Source: Veleropilina oligotropha (lineage: Eukaryota). Taken from it: DNA of 64,000 nucleotides. Below, one piece after another: positions 40,242 through 49,202 of this stretch (positions are counted from its first letter, which is position 1; the number at the start of each line of letters is the position of its first letter). The stretch lies in the NCBI GenBank assembly GCA_048128005.1, contig JBEUKZ010000023.1:1-64000 (forward strand). The letters are read 5' to 3'. The notes under the pieces were generated by a model. That model searched no databases. It was not told the DNA's origin and saw nothing but the letters and a program-made list of their open reading frames with translations. The position numbers and the translations under genes are program-made.

Positions 40242-43200
40242 ATGGAACGTGTCTCCCTCAGAGACCTGCGCAATCTAGCGAAAGATTATGGGATTCCCGC
40301 TCGGTCGAAGCTCAAGAAGAACGACCTCATCAGGGCAATCGCCGGGGTCCGTGCTGCGGAGTTTCGGAGGAGGCTCGAGCGGGCGATGAAAACGGGAAGG
40401 TTCCCCTCCATACGTGGAGATGTGGAGAACCCCCACAAAAGAGGCCGACGTGCTCGCGAGTTGCGGCAGATTAAGGACGAGGTCGACGCCGCCCTGCAGG
40501 CTCGTAAATACGAATCCCAGGCTGAGAAAACGCCGGGGATTCGACTGAAGCCACTTCGCGCCATCACGGATCGAATCGTCAAGCGGTCTCGGAAAGAGAC
40601 CCTTGCCCATGCTATTGCTCGGAAGGGGCCCGATCTTCTCATCTCCAAAACGCCCCGGACAGCCCAGGACTACCAGAAGGATCTTCTAGGGCAATTTACC
40701 ACACCCGAGGGACAACGATTCATCGACCTGGATGACCAGGTCCCTCCCCCAGTAAGGCTCCCAGCAAAAGAGCCATGGGTGGAACTCTTGAGCGACGCCA
40801 AAGACGAGTTTGAGGTCGATGGCGCCGCGGCGGCTTTCTCCACATGGAGGGTAGAAGTGGCTGGACGGCTGGCCCTGGATGCCCGTATGACAGATGCAAG
40901 GGCGGCACAGCTCCTCACAGCCCTTCCAAAGGGCGAGTATGTCCTTAGAATAAAGTTCTTGCGTGAGTGGGGTGAAGGTGACTGGATGGTCGAAGACAAG
41001 TTTGACCCGGTGAAGGCTGCGAGAAAGAAGGGCCAGGGTGTCTTTGAGATCTCTCAGGATACTAAGCCGGGTGCTATCACTGGGGTCGACAAGGTCTACT
41101 ACGAGAATGCCTACCCGGTCACTGCAGTCGTCTACGGCGTCTATCCTCTCAGAGAACCAAACCCCGCCAACCTGGTCCCAATGAAGAACGGCGACCTCAA
41201 CTGCGTTGCCCAAAGAGTGGTTGAGCACTTCGAAGGCGCCCTGAGAGGACACGGACTAACTCCAATCAGGCGGCAGAAAATAATGGAGTGGGAGGCGCGA
41301 GTTCATGTAACAGGAGCTTCCGTCGACGATGTGGCCCGACTGGAGAGGATCCTCAAGCGGGCGATTATCTTGAGGGACATTGCTGGTGAGGACATCTACA
41401 ACAGTGGGAAGTACCAGTTTGGTGGGTCCACAGGCGGGGTGAGAGGTAAAGTAGAACTCATCTGTCACAACGGCCACGCCTGGTCGAAGGACCTACACTT
41501 CCCGCAAAGTAGAGAGGTCCACCTGTATGAGGGCGATGTCTGGGAAGCTATTCGACAAGCCACACAGAATGAGCCATTGGCTGTCTGGCTCCTAGGCGGT
41601 AAAGACCGACAGCTCGGCGTGGACCAGTTCGTGCTGCAAGATGGCCGCACGTACCGGACAAAAGAGGCTCACGAGAGACTTCAAGAAGCCTGTACAGCGC
41701 TGGGGAATGAGTCCCTAGCCGATCGAGCCTTTGGCGAGAACCATGCAGCTAGCATTATGGCTAAAGAGACCAACGGCTGGAAACCCACCCCGGCGAGCCT
41801 GCTCGATGACATCCAGAAGGCCTGTGTAGAGCATGGCCACGGCGGTCTCTGGAATTCCATGAATTACGACACGGGCGATGTCTGCTGCATCGATATGAAA
41901 GCCTGCTACCCTGCCAGCTTTCTGGGGCAGGGCGAGGCCAAGCCATACTTCGAAAGATTCGGACACCCAACCCACAGCATGACTCGGGTCGCAATTAACG
42001 GTCCTCTTCCCGAAGATATCGGCACCGGCTTTGCTGAGGTCATGGGGTGGGAGTTCGCACAAGACATCCACCCCGTCATTGTAGCATGGTTCGGGAAGCA
42101 CTTTGCAGAGAATGGATGGGCACCAACCCCGCTGCTCGCCTTCCTCATAGAATCTGGACTGCTAAAAAGCCTCAAGATCCGAGAAGCCATCATCGCGTTC
42201 AAAGCCCAGACCGATGTCTGGCTTCCGGAGAATCGTGACCAGGGCTGCAGTATCATCGGCAAATTCACCCAAGGCGCCAAGGCCGAGGGTAAAAGATTGA
42301 CACGGAGACTGGTGATTGACCAGGGAGAGCTGGACTTCCTGGTAAGAGACACCCGCCAAAGCGGTACCCTGGTCGGCGCACCTCAAAGGTGCCCTATGGG
42401 GCACATCCTCACGTACTATGATGGCTCCCAGCCTCAGTACGCCCACCTGAGGGCCGCGATGTTGGGGTATGCGCACATAAACCTCTTGAGCATGCTGAAG
42501 CGTTTCAGTGCAGCAGAAGCCGTCCGGGTAGCCACTGACAGCATCTACCTCAAGAAGGCCTCGTTGGAGAAGCTCGACGATGTCACGGTGTACGTTGCCC
42601 CCCAACTCTGCGACTGTCGCAGCCAATCGTGCATCTCATGTCTGATCGCGGAGCCGTACCTTCCGCCAGTAGCACCAGCCCAGTGGCGTGACAAGGGCGA
42701 ACAGCTGTATATGCCACAGGAACATGCCGCATACATGCCCAAGCCGGAGTACACGCAGTCCGAGAAGGACCTCCCGCCGAGCACCGCGCCATGCTACAAT
42801 GACACACTGACCCACCATCGCCTGAGTTACCTCAATGGTGGAGGGGGCTGTGGCAAGACTACGAGAGCGATCGAGCTCTTTCGGGCAAGGAATCCCGTCG
42901 TGTTCACACCAACCCACCGCCTCGCTAAAGAGATGCGAACCAGAGGCGTCAAAGCCCAGACCTACCACAGCTTCTTCCGATGGAGCGGTCAGAATGACTG
43001 GACGCCTGATCGCATGGGTCAGAAGTTCATCCCGCGCGTCATTATCTGGGACGAGGTCTGTACTGTTCCCCGGGCTATTCTAGAGATGTTCTTGGACTGG
43101 CTGGGCCGCCACGAAGTGCAGGTTATCTGCTGTGGCGATCAAGGCCAGCCACCACCGATTACGGGCGAGATGCCACACGATTGGCTGCGAAGGACTGCGG

Positions 43201-44108
43201 ACTACTATGAAGAGATCGAAGTAGACTACAGGGCGAAAGACGACCCTGCCCTCCAAGCCCTGAAAAGACGGATACGTCTCCAGCCCGACAAAATCCAGTG
43301 CGACGAGATGCGACGGACTCTCCCCAGCTGCCTTGGATGGGATCGGTTCGTCAACACCTGGAAGCCAGGCGACCTAATCCTCACGAGCCGTCAGAAGGTC
43401 CGCGAACGGGCTCAACAGCTGTTGCTCCAGAGGCACAAGGAGCACTTCCCAGACTCCCCGGTACCTATCCTGTACCACCCCAGGGACACCCGTAAGCAAA
43501 ACATCATGGTAACGATTCCGGGCACCAGCGACAGAGAGGAGCTAGTTCTGAACGACGTCGTCGAGGTCACCATTGACGCCGCTGAGAGGGCTATCCTGAC
43601 CCCGGATTGGCGCCTGGGCTATGCTCTCACCATCCATTCGAGCCAGGGTCTTACGATTCACGACCCGCAGAGGGTCTGGATCATCGATGACTACCTTCAG
43701 TGGAGTAATCTCGCCTACCTAGCCGTGTCCCGGGTGGAGCTGCTGCATCAGCTCGAACGGGTAACCTGTCCTCCGGATGAGGGTGCTGAGGACAGGCCCC
43801 CGCCGCAAACCGAGCAACAGCTCCGAAAGACCATCCAGAAAAAGCTCGTGGCGTACAAACGCCAGGACCAGGCCAAGGGACTCCTGGGATTTAACCTCAA
43901 GGTCGACGACATCCTGCAGCTCAAAGACGCCCAAAACAACCGCTGCGCGGCATGCAACATAGAGCTGCTCTGGGCATATTCCCCGAAGGACACACAGCAG
44001 TTCAGTGTCGACCGTGTGGACAACAGCAGGGGCCACATCCGCGACAACGTGCGCTTAACGTGTCTGGAATGTAACCAGAAACGAGGATTTGCGGTTGTTA
44101 ACGCCTGA
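40242..44108 (+). CDS. Multidomain replication protein: Rho_N-like domain + divergent family-B DNA polymerase + SF1 (RecD/Pif1-like) helicase + HNH/Zn domain
   Basis: LRDLRNLAKDYGI..SKLKKNDLI (Rho_N-like). PolB motif A IDMKACYP (~41890), B-like SIIGKF, C-like VATDSIY (~42530). Helicase GGGGCGKT, WDEV, GDQGQ, YALTIHSSQG, YLAVSR. CAAC...SVDRVDNSRGH..DNV..TC..CN. Confidence 0.88.
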   Translation: MERVSLRDLRNLAKDYGIPARSKLKKNDLIRAIAGVRAAEFRRRLERAMKTGRFPSIRGDVENPHKRGRRARELRQIKDEVDAALQARKYESQAEKTPGIRLKPLRAITDRIVKRSRKETLAHAIARKGPDLLISKTPRTAQDYQKDLLGQFTTPEGQRFIDLDDQVPPPVRLPAKEPWVELLSDAKDEFEVDGAAAAFSTWRVEVAGRLALDARMTDARAAQLLTALPKGEYVLRIKFLREWGEGDWMVEDKFDPVKAARKKGQGVFEISQDTKPGAITGVDKVYYENAYPVTAVVYGVYPLREPNPANLVPMKNGDLNCVAQRVVEHFEGALRGHGLTPIRRQKIMEWEARVHVTGASVDDVARLERILKRAIILRDIAGEDIYNSGKYQFGGSTGGVRGKVELICHNGHAWSKDLHFPQSREVHLYEGDVWEAIRQATQNEPLAVWLLGGKDRQLGVDQFVLQDGRTYRTKEAHERLQEACTALGNESLADRAFGENHAASIMAKETNGWKPTPASLLDDIQKACVEHGHGGLWNSMNYDTGDVCCIDMKACYPASFLGQGEAKPYFERFGHPTHSMTRVAINGPLPEDIGTGFAEVMGWEFAQDIHPVIVAWFGKHFAENGWAPTPLLAFLIESGLLKSLKIREAIIAFKAQTDVWLPENRDQGCSIIGKFTQGAKAEGKRLTRRLVIDQGELDFLVRDTRQSGTLVGAPQRCPMGHILTYYDGSQPQYAHLRAAMLGYAHINLLSMLKRFSAAEAVRVATDSIYLKKASLEKLDDVTVYVAPQLCDCRSQSCISCLIAEPYLPPVAPAQWRDKGEQLYMPQEHAAYMPKPEYTQSEKDLPPSTAPCYNDTLTHHRLSYLNGGGGCGKTTRAIELFRARNPVVFTPTHRLAKEMRTRGVKAQTYHSFFRWSGQNDWTPDRMGQKFIPRVIIWDEVCTVPRAILEMFLDWLGRHEVQVICCGDQGQPPPITGEMPHDWLRRTADYYEEIEVDYRAKDDPALQALKRRIRLQPDKIQCDEMRRTLPSCLGWDRFVNTWKPGDLILTSRQKVRERAQQLLLQRHKEHFPDSPVPILYHPRDTRKQNIMVTIPGTSDREELVLNDVVEVTIDAAERAILTPDWRLGYALTIHSSQGLTIHDPQRVWIIDDYLQWSNLAYLAVSRVELLHQLERVTCPPDEGAEDRPPPQTEQQLRKTIQKKLVAYKRQDQAKGLLGFNLKVDDILQLKDAQNNRCAACNIELLWAYSPKDTQQFSVDRVDNSRGHIRDNVRLTCLECNQKRGFAVVNA

Positions 44109-45088
44109 GAACCGGCGGCAGCTGGGTATCACGAGGCACCACGAGCAGTTCCTCACGAACGAAGCCACGCGGTGGTCCATCCAGCAAGTAGTAGAGCACA
44201 GGCTCGTCAGGCTTAGTGACGGAGCGTCCAAGCCTGTAAACTTTTAGAGACCACACCGGGTCAGTAGCACGGCGATGACCCCCCTCCAGCTCACCATCGT
44301 AGTAAAGGTAGCGAACATCTACGTCAGAGGGGAGTTTCTGTTCCTTCCCCTGTCGGCCTGGAACAGTGGCGCCTGGCTTTTGGGCAACGCGAGGTGCCTT
44401 GATGGCGTCCTTGGGCTTTTTACCGGTCAGCCTGGTCACTTCCCCATTCAAGGCCGCAACTACAGCTGCTAACCCACTCAGTTGACCTTTGACCCTCTTT
44501 CGCAGACTCTGCAAACCGCATCTCTGTTGCATACTGGTGCCCGAAGAGCCGCTCAGCGAGCGTCCGGTTGAAGCGCTCCACAATGCCCTGATCGCGATGG
44601 ATATCCACACGGCCACGCCTAACCTCGACGTTATTCTTTGCCAGCAGCTGGGAAACCGCGCCCATAAACTCTCGCCCTGGATCGACTTGAAGCAGTTTCG
44701 GCCAGCCAAGAGGACTCCGCCTGTAGATTCGGGCTAGTGCTTCAGCAACCCCTTTGGCCTCTTTTGTGACCAGAGGCTCAGCCTCTTTAAAGCGACTGGC
44801 CACATCAACCACAGTCAAAGCGTACTTGTACGTTTTACGGCCGACCATGTCATGGGGCAGAAACAGGAGATCGGCTTGGTGAACCTCGTTCGGCGTCGTA
44901 ACGTCAAACCGTGGTCTTGGAATCCGCCGTGGCGCAGGTAAATAGATCTGCCATATAGCCTGCCTCTTAAGCCATGTCCGGGCCTCCACTTCAGACGCCT
45001 TGGCAGCCTCAGCTAGTTTCTTTATCGCGGCAATGCCTTTCCAGTAGCCCTTAGGGCTGTAGTATATCCTCGCAAGCTTACTATCCAT
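44098..45088 (-). pseudogene. Retroviral-type (rve, DDE) integrase split by a frameshift near 44470
   Basis: HQADL..YALTVVDVASR..LQVDPGREF..IVERFNRTL in ORF 44420-45094. The C-terminal part (AVVAALN..TRLTGKKP..WSLKVY..YYL..FVREELL) is in the -1 frame ORF 44098-44709. Confidence 0.88.
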
Positions 45089-45317
45089 CAGCAATGTATT
45101 CCAGTAAACTGATCAGTCTCCAACAGGCTTCAGCTTCCGGAGCCGGTCGCTGCGCAGTGGTCGCCCGTAGGTTGGTCGGGCCCGAGAGCACCAGGACCGC
45201 GAACCGCACCATAGTCTTTTCGTCGCGGCGCCAGCAGTCGAGTAACGTAGTACTATAGCCGACCGCAAGCATAGCGCAGTACAGCTCTTCTGGGAGCCCC
45301 ATTACTATACATGCCAA
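45081..45317 (-). CDS. Hypothetical viral protein, 78 aa
   Basis: Fills the gap in the minus-strand gene run; its stop overlaps the integrase start. Confidence 0.5.
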   Translation of the reverse strand: MACIVMGLPEELYCAMLAVGYSTTLLDCWRRDEKTMVRFAVLVLSGPTNLRATTAQRPAPEAEACWRLISLLEYIADG

Positions 45318-45344
45318 CGAAAAAAATGTTCACTATAGAAATAA

Positions 45345-45776
45345 TTAGGCGAGCTTGTAGGCTACCAACCCGGTCGCAGCCATCCCCAGGATGATGAAGG
45401 TGATCTCACGTCCCTTCTGGGCATCGCTCGGTGTGTAGTAGTCAGACAGCTGGGGCTCAGGGCCACCTCCTATAGCGGTGGGGTCAAGTTTCTTGCCGGT
45501 GATCAATGCATACTCACGGATAGCGGCGTCAACATCTCGGAATGTCCCAACAGCGTGACCCTGGCGGCGAAGTTCAACGTTCAGCCAGTCGAGACGCTCT
45601 GCCCTCTTTTGGGACCATTTAGTCTGAGCGGCGTTGAGCTGTTCTACAGCTATGTCGTGGCGTTTACGCTCCGCATCAACACCGGAGCTGCGTAGCTTCG
45701 AGAAGAGGAAGTTGGAGCCGCTGAAGGCGAGGGCGTTGACGAGAGCGCCCCCAACCAGCATCGCAATGGAAGCCAT
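45345..45776 (-). CDS. Putative virion membrane protein (MASIAMLVGGALVNALAFSGSN...)
   Basis: Hydrophobic N-terminus, charged coiled coil and C-terminal transmembrane segment. First ATG taken as start. Confidence 0.75.
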   Translation of the reverse strand: MASIAMLVGGALVNALAFSGSNFLFSKLRSSGVDAERKRHDIAVEQLNAAQTKWSQKRAERLDWLNVELRRQGHAVGTFRDVDAAIREYALITGKKLDPTAIGGGPEPQLSDYYTPSDAQKGREITFIILGMAATGLVAYKLA

Positions 45777-45807
45777 TGAAATGCTGCGATTATCTAGCAA
45801 GGTCCCA

Positions 45808-46047
45808 CTACTTCAATATATCGGCCGGAATGATGCCTTGCTTGATCAGCATGTCTTTCGTCGCCATGGCGAGCGCTACGTCGAGGACGACCATCCCGAC
45901 ATCATAGCCCGTGAAGTCCAGTTTGGGGCTCGCTCCCTTGAATACCATCTTTGTCAGGCGTGCGTAGCCTATGGCGAGGCCTGACACTATAGCGGCGTGG
46001 TATACAGCGTTGCCGAGCATCTTTCCATCAGTGATTGGGGTAGTCAT
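45808..46047 (-). CDS. Small hydrophobic viral protein, 79 aa
   Basis: Two hydrophobic helices; tiles tightly with neighbouring genes. Confidence 0.7.
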   Translation of the reverse strand: MTTPITDGKMLGNAVYHAAIVSGLAIGYARLTKMVFKGASPKLDFTGYDVGMVVLDVALAMATKDMLIKQGIIPADILK

Positions 46048-46072
46048 AACTGTTGATTAGTACCGTTTGCGA

Positions 46073-46549
46073 CTATTGCATATGAAAAGGGTTCTGCTTC
46101 TTCAATTCGATAGTGGGGGCGGCCCGAGGCTGCCTAGCGTCTGCGTCTGGTGGCTGTTGATGTGGTGTGGATGGACCAGGGTTGCTGCGTTCTGAGGACG
46201 TCTTCCAGACAACAAATACCAACGCAACCGTACCGGCAGCGACGGCTACCTGGGTCCAATTAAATAGGTCCGATTTCCGTGTATCTGGCGCACGCGGTCT
46301 TTCTGCGGCTGGAACCGCCTCCCCGGGCTGTTCTGATGGAACGACAACACTTGTTGGGGCACTCAGGTCTTCTTTCATTTTTCGAACCGCGACCAGTAGC
46401 TTCTCCTGCTTGGCTTTTCGAGCAGCAGCGCCGGCCCTCCCTGCTGCGACCTTCTTCGGGTCCTTTTTACTCGCTGATGAGTCCGTCGAAGAAGTCACCC
46501 TCTCTATCGGCTGGCTCTCGATCACTTGGTCCACTTCCAGCGTTGTCAT
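46073..46549 (-). CDS. Basic-motif and transmembrane viral protein (KKDPKKVAAGRAGAAARKAK)
   Basis: ATG at 46549. Basic Ala-rich helix followed by one hydrophobic segment (VAVAAGTVALVFVVW). Confidence 0.7.
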   Translation of the reverse strand: MTTLEVDQVIESQPIERVTSSTDSSASKKDPKKVAAGRAGAAARKAKQEKLLVAVRKMKEDLSAPTSVVVPSEQPGEAVPAAERPRAPDTRKSDLFNWTQVAVAAGTVALVFVVWKTSSERSNPGPSTPHQQPPDADARQPRAAPTIELKKQNPFHMQ

Positions 46550-47249
46550 CTTGATCTCGCCCTCGCTCTGGTATCTTAGGCGGGCAAACATGTCCAAATT
46601 GGCAGTGCTTAGCCGTGGTCAACGCTGCGGTCAGCGGTGCGAGGTACATGCCATATTTATAATACAGCTCACAGCTTGCAGTGGTCAGGGCATGTGAGAT
46701 GAACGGGTCGGCCTCCAGGTCGGCGATCAGTCGTAGCTGGTTTGCTGGTGGAATGGGCAGGAACATCCCAGCTGCCCCCGCGTAGAGATGAATAGCTGAA
46801 GTCCCCAGAGTCTTCGTCACATCGGCACCGAGTTTCGCTTCATACCTCGCGTGGTGCTTTTCGACCTCGTCGTCAGTCATGTCGTCTATCCGGTCCACTG
46901 TGAGGTTACGCCCCATGTATCGGTGGGCCTGTCCTCCAACGGCTAAGGCTGCAAGCCTCTCACGCTTTGCCGCGCAAACGGAACTTGCGACTCCACTGTT
47001 ACTGACAGGTTCCTTGCCATCGGGAGTCAAGCGACAGCTGTTGATGGTCGTTTCTTGTTCGTCATCCATGAGTTGATCGATGAGGCTGTCCATCCTGAAG
47101 CGTTTCCAGCATCGCCTCACCGGTCTAATATAACTGTAAATCCAATACCACAATGTAGCGAGTAGGAGCAAGATCAGGCTCTGGCTGAAAGCAAAAGCTA
47201 GATATACAGCGTCCGACATGCGAGAGCTTGCTGGGCAGCTACTTAGCAT
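46467..47249 (-). CDS. Hypothetical viral protein, up to 260 aa (start uncertain)
   Basis: Long ORF directly downstream of the ATPase, with an N-terminal hydrophobic segment and a helical core. Confidence 0.7.
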   Translation of the reverse strand: MLSSCPASSRMSDAVYLAFAFSQSLILLLLATLWYWIYSYIRPVRRCWKRFRMDSLIDQLMDDEQETTINSCRLTPDGKEPVSNSGVASSVCAAKRERLAALAVGGQAHRYMGRNLTVDRIDDMTDDEVEKHHARYEAKLGADVTKTLGTSAIHLYAGAAGMFLPIPPANQLRLIADLEADPFISHALTTASCELYYKYGMYLAPLTAALTTAKHCQFGHVCPPKIPERGRDQDDNAGSGPSDREPADREGDFFDGLISE

Positions 47250-47260
47250 CTGCTGGGTAG

Positions 47261-47893
47261 CTATAGCACACTATAAGCAACGGGCTGATCAGTTTTCAAC
47301 AGAAGCTTAGCGTGTCGTGTCTCGGCCAACAGCCGGCGAACCTCGGTCCGTTCATCCTGCGACGGGATTACATCGTTCTCGCGCAGACAGTCCTCGAAAC
47401 TGTCGCGGTCCTTGCAATGGAACAGCGCGACCCAGCGGGTCTGCTCTCTGAGCTCCTTCAAGACCGAGTTGTACTTTTGCGTCACTACCCATACGCTCTG
47501 GGAAGCATGCCTGCCGCTGAAGGCCAACAAAGTCAGCATGTCCCGTTTTTTTGCCATAGCTTTGCTGGCGGCGCAGTCGTCGATTATGTACAGAGTCGAC
47601 TCCCCCTGAAACAGCCGGTAGAACCCCCGCAGCCAGTCATGGAGTCGCTCACCCGGGGGGACTAAATACACCTCAGGGTCGGTCCAGATCCACGGACAAG
47701 ACTGGTATGCCTTGTTGAACTTGATCGTGGGGCAGAGGATCACGATATGCCGGAAGACGCCTCGATACTCCCCTTCCAGCAGTTCAAGCATGAAAACCGT
47801 CTTCCCACAACCGGTCTGGCCGCAGATGATTGCGGAGTGGGGGTCCTTGGTGTGCGGAAATCGTTTAGTACAGTGCTTCGACGAATCGGCCAT
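47261..47893 (-). CDS. A32/FtsK-HerA-family genome packaging ATPase
   Basis: Walker A GQTGCGKT, Walker B YIIDD, arginine finger SGRH and VVTQ motif; adjacent to the capsid gene. Confidence 0.92.
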   Translation of the reverse strand: MADSSKHCTKRFPHTKDPHSAIICGQTGCGKTVFMLELLEGEYRGVFRHIVILCPTIKFNKAYQSCPWIWTDPEVYLVPPGERLHDWLRGFYRLFQGESTLYIIDDCAASKAMAKKRDMLTLLAFSGRHASQSVWVVTQKYNSVLKELREQTRWVALFHCKDRDSFEDCLRENDVIPSQDERTEVRRLLAETRHAKLLLKTDQPVAYSVL

Positions 47894-49166
47894 TCTCGAT
47901 ATTCAGCTGTGCGTCCATGATCACGAACTCGTAGACGTTCAGTGGACCGGCCGCTTCGGCTGTTTTAGTGATCTGAATAGTAATGCCTTCGCTGGCGTTC
48001 TCGACCCTCCGGCCTGACCCGTGCAACTGATCGTCGTCAGTTACCCGCATATCGATCCAGAGCGCAAATTTCTTAGTCAGAAATTCGCCCAGGGTGACGT
48101 CTGCCATCTCCAAGTCCTTTGCGACCATCGCGACCTCAGGATGCCGCTTGCTGCTGCCGGAGGCGAACATTTTCTTGGCTTCTTCCCAGATCTGGTATGT
48201 TCGCATGCCCTGGCTGTAGATTTGATTCGGGACACCCTCGATTGTGACCTCGACCTTTGTGATCTTCGGATTATAGAAGGCCTCAGTATCGCGAGAGAAT
48301 GGCGCGGCGTCTCTCGCAGGGTCCTCGAACAACAGTAGTATTCCTTTCATCGACCTCGCCGGTACGTTCACATTCATATTCCACAACGAGTCGCTCTTGT
48401 CTAGGGTGAGCTTCCGATGCCGGAGAACACGGTCGTACAGGATTACGAGTTGACCCTGGTATTGATTTTGAATCCGTCTGGCAAGCTCGGATTGGGTTAC
48501 CATGTCATATTCGAGGGATATATTGTCGATGGAATAGCTGGAACCGGAGTCGTCCGTATCCCGGATAGTCCGGGAGTAGTCGTTGAACGTTAGCTCATAC
48601 TCGAGACGGTCTCCAAGGGCGCTTTGATAGAATGGCATGTGACTTTCCAACAGCTCGAAATCCAGCGGGATGCGGAATCGGTTACCGTACGCGGCCGCGA
48701 CCGCGACATCCTCAGACAGTCTGAAGGGGTCTACCGCACCAACACGATGCTTCGTAGTGTTGTGTCCATCGCTGGTATCAATCCCCTGGTACTGGGCGTT
48801 CTTGCGCTCCCCTGTGGTCTTCCAGAGATCGCGGTAGCAGTGGTACACGTCGGAGTCGTCAATCGACATGATCTCGTTTCCACTTATCTTTATCGTGGTC
48901 TTTCTGATCACGGCACGGCCGATATTTTGCACTACAGTCCTATTCGCATTTACCGAGGTCAGAGAGATGGTAAATGCAAGGTGGGCAGTCCCTGGAACGA
49001 TCACGTCATTCACCCCGAGATTAGGGAACCGAACCAGGAGCTGCTGGTTGGCGGAAATCGTTGATGGATTGTTTGTAATCGTGACCGACTGGCGGATGCC
49101 CTTGACCGCGAGGGGCTCACGCAGTCTGCGGTATGGATTAAGCTTGCGTCCGTATACGCTGGTCAT
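47865..49166 (-). CDS. Putative double jelly-roll major capsid protein, 433 aa
   Basis: Start gccATG at 49166. Beta-rich, with the pattern NPSTI..QLLVRFP, IRKTTIKISGNEI, LEYELTF, ISLEYD. Size and position next to the A32 ATPase fit. The fold is inferred. Confidence 0.8.
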   Translation of the reverse strand: MTSVYGRKLNPYRRLREPLAVKGIRQSVTITNNPSTISANQQLLVRFPNLGVNDVIVPGTAHLAFTISLTSVNANRTVVQNIGRAVIRKTTIKISGNEIMSIDDSDVYHCYRDLWKTTGERKNAQYQGIDTSDGHNTTKHRVGAVDPFRLSEDVAVAAAYGNRFRIPLDFELLESHMPFYQSALGDRLEYELTFNDYSRTIRDTDDSGSSYSIDNISLEYDMVTQSELARRIQNQYQGQLVILYDRVLRHRKLTLDKSDSLWNMNVNVPARSMKGILLLFEDPARDAAPFSRDTEAFYNPKITKVEVTIEGVPNQIYSQGMRTYQIWEEAKKMFASGSSKRHPEVAMVAKDLEMADVTLGEFLTKKFALWIDMRVTDDDQLHGSGRRVENASEGITIQITKTAEAAGPLNVYEFVIMDAQLNIENGRFVEALY

Positions 49167-49202
49167 GGCGGAATTAGATGCGTATCCCACTGATGTATTC
49201 AA

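Noticed and set aside
42820..43760. Helitron, because of the Pif1/RecD-like helicase
   Set aside because: No HUH Rep motifs are visible, the helicase is fused to PolB motifs, and the element has TIRs and a TSD, which Helitrons lack.
40275..44047. Numerous antisense and alternate-frame ORFs overlapping the polymerase and other viral genes
   Set aside because: These are expected shadows of GC-rich coding sequence and show no recognisable motifs.
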